Source: an uncultured Gammaproteobacteria bacterium (lineage in GTDB: Bacteria; Pseudomonadota; Gammaproteobacteria; Steroidobacterales; SZUA-146). Taken from it: a stretch of 64,000 nucleotides of DNA. Below, one piece after another: positions 28,549 to 39,322 of this stretch (its first letter is position 1; the number at the start of each line of letters is the position of its first letter). The notes beneath the pieces were generated by a model. It saw only the letters and a list, made by a program, of their open reading frames with translations. It was not told the origin of the DNA and made no database searches. Both the position numbers and the translations under genes were made by a program. The DNA lies in the NCBI GenBank assembly GCA_963922815.1, contig CAWUKD010000001.1, positions 36,631 through 100,630 of the forward strand, given 5' to 3'.

Positions 28549-30036
28549 TTACTTCACGGCGACGAGTCGCGGCCCTGGCAGCTTGTGGCTTGTACGCAAA
28601 GCGCGGCGATCATAATCAGCCACAATCTCCTGAAGAGCTTTGCTGATCTTCGTGCAGTTGCGGATCATTTCAATTTTCGGATACGTGGCCTGCTGCCCTT
28701 CGGTGATCAGGCTCATGAGTTCTTTTTCAGTCAGCCGGGTCAGCAGTCGCATCGGATTGAACCAGCGCGAGCGCGGGGTAATCGTAATGTCGCCGGTGTA
28801 TTCCTGCGTCGCTATCGAGTAAAAACTGCGATACAGATACTCAATGGAAGGAAACGAACGAACCATCTTGTGAGTCATCGGCTGGGTAGCGCGCAGCCAT
28901 TCCTGATAGCTTCTGAAAGCGGCATTAACGCCCGTGGACCACAGATTCTGCCTCGCTTTCGGATCCTGCAGGAACCACAGCACGTGCGGGTTAACCTGGC
29001 TGGCAATATAGTGATTGGTACCGTAAAGACGTGACAGTCGCTTAACCGGCATGTCCTGACTCATCGACCCGTCAATCCATTTGCGCGATGGCAAATACGG
29101 ACGACGTTTTCCGGTGCTCACGCTTTTCGCATCCAGCGTGACGGCCGGAAATACGCCCGGTATGGCGCACGACGCCATGACCGCTTTGCGCACGTAGACA
29201 TTCGGAGAAGTAATCGCATTGAGCAGTCGGGATGTCTGATGCTGTTCGTAAGGAGCCACCGACACATTGATCCATCGGCCGCTGATTTCAAACGCTTCAG
29301 CGAAAGTCACGTCGGGCAACATCCGTTCGAGCACACCCTCGAGATCACGAACGTCAAGACGAGGCGCCACAAAGGGCAGCAGGTTTTGCATCCAGCTGGC
29401 TTCGGTTTTTGCTTCAATGACCAGGTTGGATGGCTCGAAAAAGTAGTGCAGCTCATCATCGCTGTGCGTGCCCAACACGGCGGCAACCAGAGACCCGCCG
29501 CTGGAGCCTGAAATCACGGACGGCAATACAGACTCGTCGCTAAGCGCTTTGGCCACGCCCACGTGAAAATGGGACAGCGTTGCGCCACCGCTGAGCATTA
29601 ACCCTGACTGGCCAAAGCAGTGGCTCGCCCGATGAAAAAACTCGAGTCGCTCGGTAAAACTGATGGTGCGGGATCGCGTTGTGGCCAAATGCTGGAGCGC
29701 GGTGACCTGCTCATCGATGTAGTCGCTGATCAGGTCCTTGGTACCAAACTTCGCCTGACGATACAGCTTGCTGCTGCCCATGCCGCCGATGTTGCCGTGA
29801 ATGCCCTGATTAAGCGTATACAACAAACCGCGATGATCGTTGGCCTTGCGTAAGGCACGAAGCTCATCCAGACGCTGCTGAATAGCTCGATAGTCATACA
29901 TTGGAGACTGGGCTTTTTTGCGCCAGGCTGCTTTGCCTGTGGCAATATCATGCGCCTTGGCGGCCTTTACCCAGGCAGAGTAAGAAGGCGCATCGCGCAT
30001 TTGAAGGAGAAGTTTGTTCTTACTGACTAATGGCAT
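28549..30036 (-). CDS. DUF3336 + patatin-like phospholipase
   Basis: The N-terminal region (SYSAWVKAAKAHD..YDYRAIQQRLDELR) is DUF3336-like. It has the oxyanion GGATLSHFHVGV and the nucleophile elbow GSSGG (GxSxG). Confidence 0.8.
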   Translation of the reverse strand: MPLVSKNKLLLQMRDAPSYSAWVKAAKAHDIATGKAAWRKKAQSPMYDYRAIQQRLDELRALRKANDHRGLLYTLNQGIHGNIGGMGSSKLYRQAKFGTKDLISDYIDEQVTALQHLATTRSRTISFTERLEFFHRASHCFGQSGLMLSGGATLSHFHVGVAKALSDESVLPSVISGSSGGSLVAAVLGTHSDDELHYFFEPSNLVIEAKTEASWMQNLLPFVAPRLDVRDLEGVLERMLPDVTFAEAFEISGRWINVSVAPYEQHQTSRLLNAITSPNVYVRKAVMASCAIPGVFPAVTLDAKSVSTGKRRPYLPSRKWIDGSMSQDMPVKRLSRLYGTNHYIASQVNPHVLWFLQDPKARQNLWSTGVNAAFRSYQEWLRATQPMTHKMVRSFPSIEYLYRSFYSIATQEYTGDITITPRSRWFNPMRLLTRLTEKELMSLITEGQQATYPKIEMIRNCTKISKALQEIVADYDRRALRTSHKLPGPRLVAVK

Positions 30037-30265
30037 AGGCGGTGTGTGTTCTCATCTGGGTGTTCATTACAGGCACGGCCTTGTGCGCTTGCAGCATTAT
30101 ACCCACAGCTCGGCCTCGCAGACCAGAGCAAAGATTATGTCTAACCTGCGGGTTTTCTATGAATAACAACAAGTTGGGATATATGCGTAGCATTTTTTAA
30201 CCGCCCCATCGCCTGATTAAGTCCTGCATGACCCCCGACTGACCGGATTCCAGCCGTCACGCGGG

Positions 30266-31060
30266 ATGAATCTCATGCGAAAAATGTTGCCCGGTGCATA
30301 CCGGTATACTCCCGCCATGCAGGATCTCACCACACTGTCGTTAGGCATAATGATCGTCGCCGCGTTCCTTACCGGCGTTCTTCACGGTGCCGTTGGCCTG
30401 GCCGGCGGCGTGCTGATGGCCCTCGTGCTGACCCACTTCGTCGGCCTGAAAGTTGCCATTCCGATCATGACCTGCGCCCTGCTGTTCAGTCACGGCAGTC
30501 GGGTGTTTCTGTTTCGACGAGATACGGAATGGCATACGGCGGCCTGGGTACTCGCCTTCGGGCTTCCGACGATCGCGTTCGGCGCGTGGATCTTCACGCG
30601 CATCAGCGAACAAACGGTGGCCGTGATTTTTGCCGTGTTTCTTTTGACGTCGCTACCCGTCAAACGCTGGGCCAGAACCCACAAACTGACCACGACCCGC
30701 CCGCTGCTCGCCGGAGCCAGCGCCGTCTGGGGTGTTCTTGCAGGCAACGTGATCGGACCCGGCTTTTTCCTTGCCCCGTTTCTGCAAGGCACCAACATGA
30801 ATCGGCTCGCGTTTGTCGGCACGATGGCCACCATTACGCTCGCCATGAACGCGACCAAACTGATGGTGTTCAGCTCGAACCAGCTAATGGACGCGCAGGC
30901 GTTCGCACTGGGCGTGATGATTGGCGTCGCCACGATACCGGGAAACTGGGTGGGCAAGCGACTGCTTCACCGGATGACGGACGGTCATCATGGGTGGGTG
31001 ATCGACGTGTTCACGCTGCTGATGATTGCGAACTTTGTCTACATCGCACTGACGGCCTGA
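30266..31060 (+). CDS. TauE/SafE (TSUP) family sulfite/anion exporter-like membrane protein
   Basis: A polytopic membrane protein with the repeated motif FLTGVLHGAVGLAGGVLM. The start could be the ATG at 30317. Confidence 0.7.
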   Translation: MNLMRKMLPGAYRYTPAMQDLTTLSLGIMIVAAFLTGVLHGAVGLAGGVLMALVLTHFVGLKVAIPIMTCALLFSHGSRVFLFRRDTEWHTAAWVLAFGLPTIAFGAWIFTRISEQTVAVIFAVFLLTSLPVKRWARTHKLTTTRPLLAGASAVWGVLAGNVIGPGFFLAPFLQGTNMNRLAFVGTMATITLAMNATKLMVFSSNQLMDAQAFALGVMIGVATIPGNWVGKRLLHRMTDGHHGWVIDVFTLLMIANFVYIALTA

Positions 31061-31109
31061 CCATCTCGCCAGCTCCAGATCGAAGTCAGCGGTAATCCGG
31101 GAAAAAATT

Positions 31110-31150
31110 GCCCTTGCCCTTGCCCTTGCCCTTGCCGATTGGTGATTGGT
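31110..31150. repeat. Short tandem repeats (GCCCTT)x4 then (GATTGGT)x2 in a convergent intergenic spacer
   Basis: Read directly: gcccttgcccttgcccttgcccttgcc gattggtgattggt. Confidence 0.9.
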
Positions 31151-31201
31151 AACAGGTGACTGGTGGCCAGTAGTTAGAGTCGACGGACTAACGGTCTGCG
31201 G

Positions 31202-32317
31202 TTATCGCAAATCCAGACGAACGCCTTCCCGTGCCACGTTGTATCCGGCCGCTTCAACCAGGCGGGTTTCCTCGCTGTCAGCCCTCAGCAGAGGGTTGGT
31301 ATGGTTCATGTGAATAAACCACACCTTGTTTCGCTCGCTCTGGTCCAGGTCATCCAGCAGCGCCATGCTTTCGCTGACAAACGGATGCGGAATTTTCGAC
31401 ATGTCTCTGCCCGGCAGTTCACCGTCGGCAAAAAACGCTGCATCGATCAGCGCATAGTCTGTCGCGGCTACAACGGCGGTCAGACGTTCATCCCACTGAT
31501 TCCATTTGTCGATATCGGGAATAAATACAGCGCTTTTCCCGGAACCTTCAATACGATAGCCAGCGGTTTCCGAAAACTCGTCCCGATGCGGCACAACAAA
31601 CGGCGTTACGGTGACGCCGTCGACGTTCACCGCTTGATTGTTCACCAGCTCACGCAGCGTAATATTTTCAAACTCAACCAGCTGACTCCACGGGCCATTG
31701 TTTTGCAGATAGCTCGTCATGCGTGGCATGGCATACACCGGCACCTGGCGCGCGCCCATGGCTTCGTGTCCGAAGAACATCAGACCCGCGTAGTGCCCGA
31801 TGTGCGCGTGCGTCACGAACACGCCCGAGAGCGGGTGGGATGACGAAGGCGCCTCCTGCTCCAGTCGGTATAGCTGCGAGGGTAAATCAGGCGTCGCTTC
31901 GAACAGATATTTGCCGTTAGCCGTTATCAGACCAAGCGATACGGCACCACGCTGACCGCCCGGGGTTTCCCAGCCTGGAAGACAATGCGGCTGGTAGCAG
32001 CCCGCCTGGGGATAACCGGCGTCCTGCACGACGCCGAGGATATAAAGATACTGCGTGAGCGTATGCGGTACCGCCTCGCTGCCAGCGACGGCCGGCGTGT
32101 GAAACGAATCCGGTGCCGCGCCGGGCAAGCCTCTCTCGCCGGATCCTGCATCCGACGGTGAGCTGACTATCACACCGGGTCCGGCCGTTCTGAAACCCTT
32201 TACAAACCCGGCAAGACCGGATATCACCGCTACGACTATCAGCAACCAGACGCTTGCCTTGCCAGCGGCAGGTAAACCGACGTTACGCGCGCGAACCTTC
32301 CTCCCGGAACGTTGCAT
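31202..32317 (-). CDS. MBL-fold metallo-hydrolase (PqqB-like), membrane-anchored or secreted
   Basis: VFVTHAHIGHYAGL metal motif and an N-terminal hydrophobic anchor VWLLIVVAVISGLAGFV. Confidence 0.7.
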   Translation of the reverse strand: MQRSGRKVRARNVGLPAAGKASVWLLIVVAVISGLAGFVKGFRTAGPGVIVSSPSDAGSGERGLPGAAPDSFHTPAVAGSEAVPHTLTQYLYILGVVQDAGYPQAGCYQPHCLPGWETPGGQRGAVSLGLITANGKYLFEATPDLPSQLYRLEQEAPSSSHPLSGVFVTHAHIGHYAGLMFFGHEAMGARQVPVYAMPRMTSYLQNNGPWSQLVEFENITLRELVNNQAVNVDGVTVTPFVVPHRDEFSETAGYRIEGSGKSAVFIPDIDKWNQWDERLTAVVAATDYALIDAAFFADGELPGRDMSKIPHPFVSESMALLDDLDQSERNKVWFIHMNHTNPLLRADSEETRLVEAAGYNVAREGVRLDLR

Positions 32318-32393
32318 AGTGTCCTCCGATTAAAGCTCTAAAACAGCGCGTGCGAGTCCGCCAGGCGCCTGCTACGTCACCGACAATAGTCGA

Positions 32394-34004
32394 TCAGGCT
32401 ACCCGACTGTTAGCCGCATCCAGCTGAGTGCTCAGATATTCTTCGTACGTGCCGGAATAGTCGTTGATTCCGGTGGGTGTCATTTCGATAATCCGCGTCG
32501 CCAGTGACGACACAAAATCGCGATCGTGACTGATAAAAATCAGCGTGCCTTCGTAGTGCTCCAACGCCAGATTAAGGGCCTCAATCGATTCCATATCCAG
32601 GTGATTGGTGGGCTCATCCATAACCAGCACATTAGGTTTGAGCAATATCAGCTTGCCAAACATCAGCCGGGCCTCTTCACCACCGGAAACCACGTTCACG
32701 GATTTTTCAGAATCGTCGCGAGAAAACAGCATGCGGCCAAGCGTACCGCGCAGGAACTGATCGTCCGCGCCTTTCGGCCGCCACTGCGCCATCCAGTCGA
32801 ACAGCGTCATGTCTGTGTCAAAGTCGGCCGAGTGATCCTGTGCAAAATAGCCAACGCTGGCGTTCTCGGACCATTTCACTTCGCCACCACCCAAAGGCTC
32901 GTCACCAATGAGGCAGCGTGCCAGCGTGGTCTTGCCGATACCGCTGGGTCCAATGATGGCCACGCGAGAGCCGGCATCGACGTTCAAACTGAGGTCTTCA
33001 AAGAGCGAGCCTTCGTCGAATGCTTTGGTCAGGCCTTCGGCCTCAACTGCAAAACGACGCAGGGGTTTTTCCTGCTCGAAACGGATGTACGGGCTAACAC
33101 GGCTCGACGGTTTAATGTCATCAAGCTTGATTTTCTCAAGCTGTTTGGCACGCGATGTTGCCTGCTTGGCTTTCGACGCATTGGCCGAGAACCGGCTGAC
33201 GAACGCCTGCAGATCGGCCATCTTGGCTTTCTTCTTGGCGTTGTCAGCCTGTCGACGCTCCAGCGCCTGGGTGGCCGCCGTCATGTATTCATCGTAGTTG
33301 CCGGGGAACAGCTGCAGCCGACCGTAGTCGAGGTCGGCCATGTGCGTGCACACCGTGTTCAGAAAGTGGCGATCGTGCGAAATGATCACCATGGTCGAAC
33401 GGCTTTCATTCAGAAACTCTTCGAGCCAGCGAATCGTATTGATGTCGAGGTTGTTGGTGGGCTCGTCGAGCAGCAGCACGTCCGGATCGGAAAACAGCGC
33501 TTGTGCAAGCAGCACACGCAACTTCCAGCCCGGCGCGATTTCACTCATGGGCCCTTCGTGCTGGTCGGTTGGAATACCGATACCTTCGAGCAGCTCGCCG
33601 GCCCGCGATTCAGCCGAATAGCCGTCCATCTCGGCAAACTCGATTTCAAGGTCAGCGACGCGCATGCCTTCGTCGTCACTCATGTCGACTTTGGCATACA
33701 GCTCATCGCGTTCCTTCATGACTTTCCAGAGCGTCTCGTGACCCATCATCACCGTGTCAAGCACCCGGTATTCCTCGTAGGCAAACTGGTCCTGACGCAG
33801 CGTTCCGACGCGTACGTTAGGTCCCACCGACACATTACCGGAACTCGGCTCCAGCTCGCGCGACAGCAGTTTCATAAACGTGGATTTGCCGCAGCCATTG
33901 GCCCCGATCAGGCCGTAGCGCTTGCCGTCGCTGAAGGACGCAGACACGTTTTCGAACAGAGGCTTGGCGCCAAACTGGATGGAAAGATTGGAAGTTGTAA
34001 TCAC
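32394..34004 (-). CDS. ybiT: ABC-F family ATPase (YbiT-like)
   Basis: Two ABC cassettes: [12 protein letters not shown] and [11 protein letters not shown] Walker A motifs, with signatures LSGGWKLR-like and VSGGEEARL. The N-terminus is collinear with E. coli YbiT as recalled. The GTG at 34004 ([12 protein letters not shown]) gives 536 aa. The track start 34100 adds an implausible extension. Confidence 0.85.
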   Translation of the reverse strand: MITTSNLSIQFGAKPLFENVSASFSDGKRYGLIGANGCGKSTFMKLLSRELEPSSGNVSVGPNVRVGTLRQDQFAYEEYRVLDTVMMGHETLWKVMKERDELYAKVDMSDDEGMRVADLEIEFAEMDGYSAESRAGELLEGIGIPTDQHEGPMSEIAPGWKLRVLLAQALFSDPDVLLLDEPTNNLDINTIRWLEEFLNESRSTMVIISHDRHFLNTVCTHMADLDYGRLQLFPGNYDEYMTAATQALERRQADNAKKKAKMADLQAFVSRFSANASKAKQATSRAKQLEKIKLDDIKPSSRVSPYIRFEQEKPLRRFAVEAEGLTKAFDEGSLFEDLSLNVDAGSRVAIIGPSGIGKTTLARCLIGDEPLGGGEVKWSENASVGYFAQDHSADFDTDMTLFDWMAQWRPKGADDQFLRGTLGRMLFSRDDSEKSVNVVSGGEEARLMFGKLILLKPNVLVMDEPTNHLDMESIEALNLALEHYEGTLIFISHDRDFVSSLATRIIEMTPTGINDYSGTYEEYLSTQLDAANSRVA

Positions 34005-34196
34005 GATAAAATCCCGGCCGACGTCGGCGCTACATATAGAGAAAAAACGCCGGCCGTTACGGCTGGCGCGGGGATCATAACAGAATCCGGCCCGAACCAC
34101 CGCTTCGCCGCGACAGGCCTTAAAAATACCTTCCCGTACAATAAGATAGCGTAGTCGGAAGAACGCATGGCCGCGCCGGAACGGGTGCTGTTGTTC

Positions 34197-35096
34197 CTAC
34201 CGCAGCCGGGCCTCGACCCAGGCGATCACGTCGTTCACCACGTCAACTCGCTCAGGCTCATTGAAGATTTCATGATAGAGACCAGGAAACAATTTCAGCG
34301 TCTTGTCTGTAGAGCCAATACGCTCAAACAGTATTCGGGAAGCGTCAGGGGTCACAAGGGTATCGGCTTCGCCGTGCATAACCAGGGCCGGCAGCGTGAT
34401 GCCAGGCAGGCCTTCATGCGTTCGCTTCATGCCGGTAAACATCGCCACCAGCATGCTCGCCGTGAGCTTGCCGGTGTAGACCAGCGGATCATTGACATAG
34501 CGGGAGACGACTTCCGCGTCCCGACTTACCCCGGCCGCGTCAAGTTGCAGCGCGCCCATGGACGGCGCAATTTTGGCCAGAACCCGCATGATGGCTACCT
34601 GCATCCAGCCCGGTTCGGGATCGGCAAGCACCGCCGCGCCGGAAAACACAGCGCCCTGAAAGCGCGTTTGATGGCGCTGAAGGTAGAGCGATGCCACCAG
34701 TCCACCCATGCTGTGACCGACAAGAAAAAAAGGCACCGGAACTACGGCCTCCGGGTTATTGGAAGTGCTTGATCGACTGTCCACAGTAAAGTCTTGTTCT
34801 GCATAATCGTGTGCCAACTCGACGGCTCGCAGGTACTCATCGATATCGCGTACACAGCATTGCTTTCCATAGGACTTGCCGTGGCCCGGAAGGTCTACCG
34901 TGGTGACGGCAAATCCCTGCGAATTCACCTGCGACGCAAAGTCCGCATAGCGGCCACCATGTTCAGCGGCGCCGTGTACGACCAGCATCACAGCCCGCAG
35001 CGGTCCATCCGGTCGCCAGGACTGATAGTGGAGTGACTGACCATTGCCGGCGATAAGTGTGTGTACGCTGTGCGTCAACGGGAGCTCCCGGGTCAA
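34197..35096 (-). CDS. Alpha/beta hydrolase (lysophospholipase / monoacylglycerol-lipase-like)
   Basis: VVHGAAEHGGRY..LPGHGKS and the nucleophile elbow GHSMGG. Confidence 0.75.
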   Translation of the reverse strand: MTRELPLTHSVHTLIAGNGQSLHYQSWRPDGPLRAVMLVVHGAAEHGGRYADFASQVNSQGFAVTTVDLPGHGKSYGKQCCVRDIDEYLRAVELAHDYAEQDFTVDSRSSTSNNPEAVVPVPFFLVGHSMGGLVASLYLQRHQTRFQGAVFSGAAVLADPEPGWMQVAIMRVLAKIAPSMGALQLDAAGVSRDAEVVSRYVNDPLVYTGKLTASMLVAMFTGMKRTHEGLPGITLPALVMHGEADTLVTPDASRILFERIGSTDKTLKLFPGLYHEIFNEPERVDVVNDVIAWVEARLR

Positions 35097-35218
35097 TCGC
35101 TATGTCGATAGCATGATCGGACAAAGCGGATATGTGAGTTTAGCGGCCATACTCGAATTCGCTGACCCGTTGTGAAACGTATTGCGTTGGCCAGCGCCAG
35201 ACCGTGATTGTTCGCTGC

Positions 35219-36640
35219 TTAAAAATGCAGTGTTTTAACTTCCTGGTAATCCTCAAGCCCCATAACGCCACCCTCGCGCCCGTTGCCGGACTGGCGATAA
35301 CCGCCAAACGGCGATCCGTAGTTGTACGCGGCTCCGTTCACATGCACGGCACCGACACGCAGCTGACTCGCCACACGTTCCGCGCGCTGACGATCACTGG
35401 TCTCGATATAGGCCGCCAGCCCGTAAGGCGTATCATTAGCCAGTCGTACGGCGTCCTCTTCGCCGTCAAACGGAATGATGACAACCACCGGCCCGAAAAT
35501 TTCTTCCTGCGCCACGCGCATATCGTTAGTCACACCGGCAAACACCGTTGGCTTTACAAACCATCCGGTATCACAACCCGCCGGCTTGCCTGTACCGCCA
35601 GCGACCAGAACGGCACCCTCATCGATTCCGACCTGAATCATGTGTTGAACGCGGTCAAACTGAATCTTGTCAAACAGCGGCCCCAGATGATCCCCTTCCT
35701 GCAGCGGATCACCTACGCCTTGTCCTTCGGCCGCCCGCTTTGCAATATCAACTACCTGATCATAGCAGCTGCGTTCAACCAGCAGTCGCGTCGGCGCGTC
35801 GCAGGACTGGCCCGTGTTGCTGAAACAATTCAGTACCGAATCGGTGACGCACTTTTCAAGATCACAGTCGGCAAACACCAGATCAGGCGACTTGCCGCCC
35901 AGTTCAAGCGTCACGCGCTTGACCGTATCAGCGGCAGTGCGCATCACGGCAGTACCTGCCCGGGTTGAGCCGGTAAACGACATCATATGAATGTCCGGAT
36001 GCGCCGACAGGGCTGCCCCCACGGAGGGCCCATCGCCCTGCACCAGATTGAACACACCGGGAGGAAATCCCGCTGCGTGAATGATTTCGGCATAGATCAT
36101 TGCCGACACGGGCGTGTACTCGGAAGGTTTGAGAATACACGTACAGCCTGTGGCCAGCGCCGGGATGACTTTTAACGCAACCTGATTAATGGGCCAGTTC
36201 CAGGGCGTGATCAGCCCGCATACGCCAATGGGTTCGCGTACCAGAATGTCGCCGTTGCCCAGCGTCTCACGCTCTTCCAGTGATTGAAGCGATTCGACAA
36301 AACCTTCCAGATGTCCCACGGCCGCATCGGCCTGCATGGATCGGGAAAACGATATGGGCACACCCATCTCCGCCGTCATGGCCTGGGCCATGTCTTCCAT
36401 GCGCTTGCGCGTTTCCACCAGCAGCGATTCAAGCAGATCGAGGCGCTCCGACTTCGACGACTGGCCAAAGCTCGCAAAGGCCTCGGAGGCCGCCGCCACC
36501 GCGTTGTTTACATCGTGCTCATCGCCGAGATGAATTGTGCCAATCTGAGCTTCCGTAGCAGGATTGTTAACGGCGAACTTGCGAGTACTGTGTGGCAACA
36601 CCCACTCACCGTTAATATAAAACTTGTCGAGATTCTGCAT
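35219..36640 (-). CDS. NAD(P)+-dependent aldehyde dehydrogenase
   Basis: FYINGEWV, ITPWNWP, LELGGKSP and FSNTGQSCDAP (catalytic Cys region) with EEIFGPV. ATG at 36640. Confidence 0.9.
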   Translation of the reverse strand: MQNLDKFYINGEWVLPHSTRKFAVNNPATEAQIGTIHLGDEHDVNNAVAAASEAFASFGQSSKSERLDLLESLLVETRKRMEDMAQAMTAEMGVPISFSRSMQADAAVGHLEGFVESLQSLEERETLGNGDILVREPIGVCGLITPWNWPINQVALKVIPALATGCTCILKPSEYTPVSAMIYAEIIHAAGFPPGVFNLVQGDGPSVGAALSAHPDIHMMSFTGSTRAGTAVMRTAADTVKRVTLELGGKSPDLVFADCDLEKCVTDSVLNCFSNTGQSCDAPTRLLVERSCYDQVVDIAKRAAEGQGVGDPLQEGDHLGPLFDKIQFDRVQHMIQVGIDEGAVLVAGGTGKPAGCDTGWFVKPTVFAGVTNDMRVAQEEIFGPVVVIIPFDGEEDAVRLANDTPYGLAAYIETSDRQRAERVASQLRVGAVHVNGAAYNYGSPFGGYRQSGNGREGGVMGLEDYQEVKTLHF

Positions 36641-36877
36641 GGTTAAGTCCCGTCGTCTGTTTGGCAAATGCCTGGCTGATACAAGAGTGCCATCTTAACT
36701 GACCGGCCGCCATGCCAGTGTGCTGTATACGCCATCATGTAATCTGCTATAACGGGGCCTGGTACAAAGTCCAGGGACCGCAAGGGTAACCCGGGACACA
36801 TTGGGCCAGCAGGTGGCGATGCCGCATTCGTCAGTGACGACGGCTTCGGAAACCTTTTTCGGGATCGGAGATCGGCC

Positions 36878-37468
36878 ATGCCATGCTCAACAACCCCATT
36901 TGATTCTCTGCACCAGTCCATCCTGGACTGCCGGCTATGCGCTGAGGAACTTGAACACGGTGTAAGACCGGTCGTACAAGTGCACCCCGCCGCAAGAATC
37001 CTCATTGCCGGACAGGCACCGGGCAGCAAAGTGCACGCAAGTGGCATTCCCTTTGACGATGCCAGCGGCGACCGTCTGCGAGCGTGGATGGGTATCGATC
37101 GTGATACGTTCTACGACCGAGCGCGTATTGCCATTGTGCCAATGGGGTTTTGTTATCCAGGCACAGGCAAATCAGGCGACCTGCCTCCCAGAACCATTTG
37201 TGCAGCAACCTGGCGTACACGGCTGCTCGCCGAGCTACCCAACATTCGGCTAACGCTTGTTCTTGGCCTGTACGCACAGAAATGGCATCTGACTTCGCCG
37301 GGCAAGAATCTGACGGAAACGGTCTCGAACTGGAAAGACTACGGCACTGCAATCATGCCCATGCCGCACCCGAGCCCTCGCAATGCACTCTGGCTCAAAA
37401 AGAACCCGTGGTTCGAAAAAAACGCGCTACCGACACTCAAAAAGCGCGTCACCAAAGCGCTCGGCTAA
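36878..37468 (+). CDS. Uracil-DNA glycosylase superfamily protein
   Basis: CRLC near the N-terminus, ILIAGQAPG (the GQ/EAPG motif of UDG families 4/5), PMPHPSPRN. Confidence 0.7.
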   Translation: MPCSTTPFDSLHQSILDCRLCAEELEHGVRPVVQVHPAARILIAGQAPGSKVHASGIPFDDASGDRLRAWMGIDRDTFYDRARIAIVPMGFCYPGTGKSGDLPPRTICAATWRTRLLAELPNIRLTLVLGLYAQKWHLTSPGKNLTETVSNWKDYGTAIMPMPHPSPRNALWLKKNPWFEKNALPTLKKRVTKALG

Positions 37469-37647
37469 CATTTTGACTCATTCATGACGGCACCCACCGA
37501 GCGTTGTTGCCGACAAAATCCCCTTGGTTTCGCAATGACAACGTTGGACAATGCGTTTCAGATTTGGCGACAAAACATAACGCCATTCCATCAACGCGCC
37601 AGGTCGCAGCCGTCGGTTGGATCAGGGCATCGTTTTCTTTACACTAC

Positions 37648-37680
37648 GGGCGTCCAATTCGGGGCACGACGCCCTTTTTT
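37648..37680 (+). terminator. Rho-independent terminator 180 nt after the UDG gene and 38 nt before the gap start
   Basis: gggcgtc-(13 nt)-gacgccc followed by tttttt. Confidence 0.55.
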
Positions 37681-37718
37681 CTATTAGAACAACCCCCTTT
37701 TGCCAGAAGGAATGCACT

Positions 37719-39173
37719 GTGAATCAGGATCTCGAACAAGAACTGCTGAATAGCTGGATGGAGCGTCAGGAATACGCCGAGCTGATGCAGCCACTCGTAG
37801 GTAAGCTCTATCGCGAGCGGTCAGTCGAAATCAGCGTCTTCGGCCGTTCGCTGGTCGGTGCGAGTGCTATCGACATTATCAAGGCCCATCGCAGTGTGCG
37901 CCTTCACAAAGGCACCAAACTGAGACTCCGGGAAAGCTATCCGCTACTTGAAGCCATTAGTAAACTGTCCCTGCCTCAGCTCGAAATCGATCTGGGCAAA
38001 CTGGCCTATCAATTCGAATACGAAAACGAATCTGATCAGTCTGTCGAAGACTACCTGCAGGACACCTTCAAGGACGTTCTGGGCACGACAGACCAACGCG
38101 AACCGGTTGATATTGTTCTCTACGGTTTCGGTCGTATTGGACGACTGATGGCGCGCCTGCTGATCGAACGACAGGGCAAAAACAACTCCCTGCGTTTGCG
38201 CGCGATTGTCACTCGGGGCGGCAAAGACGGCGACCTCGAAAAACGGGCGAGCCTGTTGCGACGAGACTCGATTCACGGACCGTTCAACGGCAGCATCACC
38301 GTGAATCAGGAACGCAACGCGATCAAGGCCAATGGTGCCTTCATTCAGATGATCTACGCCAACAGTCCTGACGAAGTGGATTACACCAAGTACGGTATTC
38401 ACAACGCGATCGTCATTGACAATACGGGCATGTGGCGCGATCCCGAAGGGCTGGGCCTCCACCTGAAAGCCAAGGGTGCGAAGAAAGTCATTCTGACGGC
38501 TCCCGGCAAAGGCGACATCAAGAACATTGTTTACGGCGTCAATCACAGCGACATCGAAAACACCGACACCATTCTGTCTGCGGCCAGCTGTACCACCAAC
38601 GCAATAACGCCCGTACTCAAAGCACTCAACGAAGAGTTTGGCATTGAAAACGGTCACGTCGAATCCGTTCATTCGTTTACCAACGACCAGAACCTGATTG
38701 ACAACTATCACAAAGCCGATCGTCGCGGTCGCAGCGCTGCGCTTAACATGGTGATTACCAGCACGGGCGCGGCAAAAGCGGTGGCGAAGGCCTACCCGGA
38801 GCTTGGCGGTAAACTGACCGGCAACGCGATTCGGGTGCCAACGCCGAACGTCTCACTCGCCATTCTCACGCTCACCCTGAACAAAGACACCGACAAAGAG
38901 AACCTCAACGATTTCCTGCGTAAGCAATCGCTCTTTTCCGACCTGCAGCACCAGATTGACTATACGCAATCCAAGGAAATTGTATCCACCGACCTGGTGG
39001 GCTCTCGAGCCGCCTGTGTGGTAGACGCGCAGGCCACCATTGTGTCCGAGAATCGCGCCATACTGTATGTGTGGTACGACAACGAATTTGGCTACAGCTG
39101 CCAGGTCATGCGCGTCGTGAAACGCATGGCGGGTATCAGCAGCCTGACACCGCACTGGGCCTACCAGGCTTAG
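37719..39173 (+). CDS. gap: Glyceraldehyde-3-phosphate dehydrogenase, long form (~484 aa, with an N-terminal extension)
   Basis: LYGFGRIGR, the catalytic SCTTN, and RVPTPNVS. The GTG at 37719 has a GAAGGA upstream. Long-form Gap-2-type enzymes of this size are known in pseudomonads. Confidence 0.9.
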   Translation: MNQDLEQELLNSWMERQEYAELMQPLVGKLYRERSVEISVFGRSLVGASAIDIIKAHRSVRLHKGTKLRLRESYPLLEAISKLSLPQLEIDLGKLAYQFEYENESDQSVEDYLQDTFKDVLGTTDQREPVDIVLYGFGRIGRLMARLLIERQGKNNSLRLRAIVTRGGKDGDLEKRASLLRRDSIHGPFNGSITVNQERNAIKANGAFIQMIYANSPDEVDYTKYGIHNAIVIDNTGMWRDPEGLGLHLKAKGAKKVILTAPGKGDIKNIVYGVNHSDIENTDTILSAASCTTNAITPVLKALNEEFGIENGHVESVHSFTNDQNLIDNYHKADRRGRSAALNMVITSTGAAKAVAKAYPELGGKLTGNAIRVPTPNVSLAILTLTLNKDTDKENLNDFLRKQSLFSDLQHQIDYTQSKEIVSTDLVGSRAACVVDAQATIVSENRAILYVWYDNEFGYSCQVMRVVKRMAGISSLTPHWAYQA

Positions 39174-39193
39174 GTCGTACGGGACAAGATCTG

Positions 39194-39218
39194 CGCCGCC
39201 CCGGCTCGCGGGGCGGCG
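39194..39218. terminator. GC-rich hairpin between the convergent gap and cysB genes
   Basis: cgccgccccg-gctcg-cggggcggcg, with no clear U tract on either side. Confidence 0.3.
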
Positions 39219-39322
39219 ATTGCACTACCTTCAGAATCATCTGCCGCATGGCCGGTCGCACGCGCGTGTCGGTAACACCACGTGGATGGCCGAAACCTTA
39301 AACTACGGTACTGTGAGGGTCG

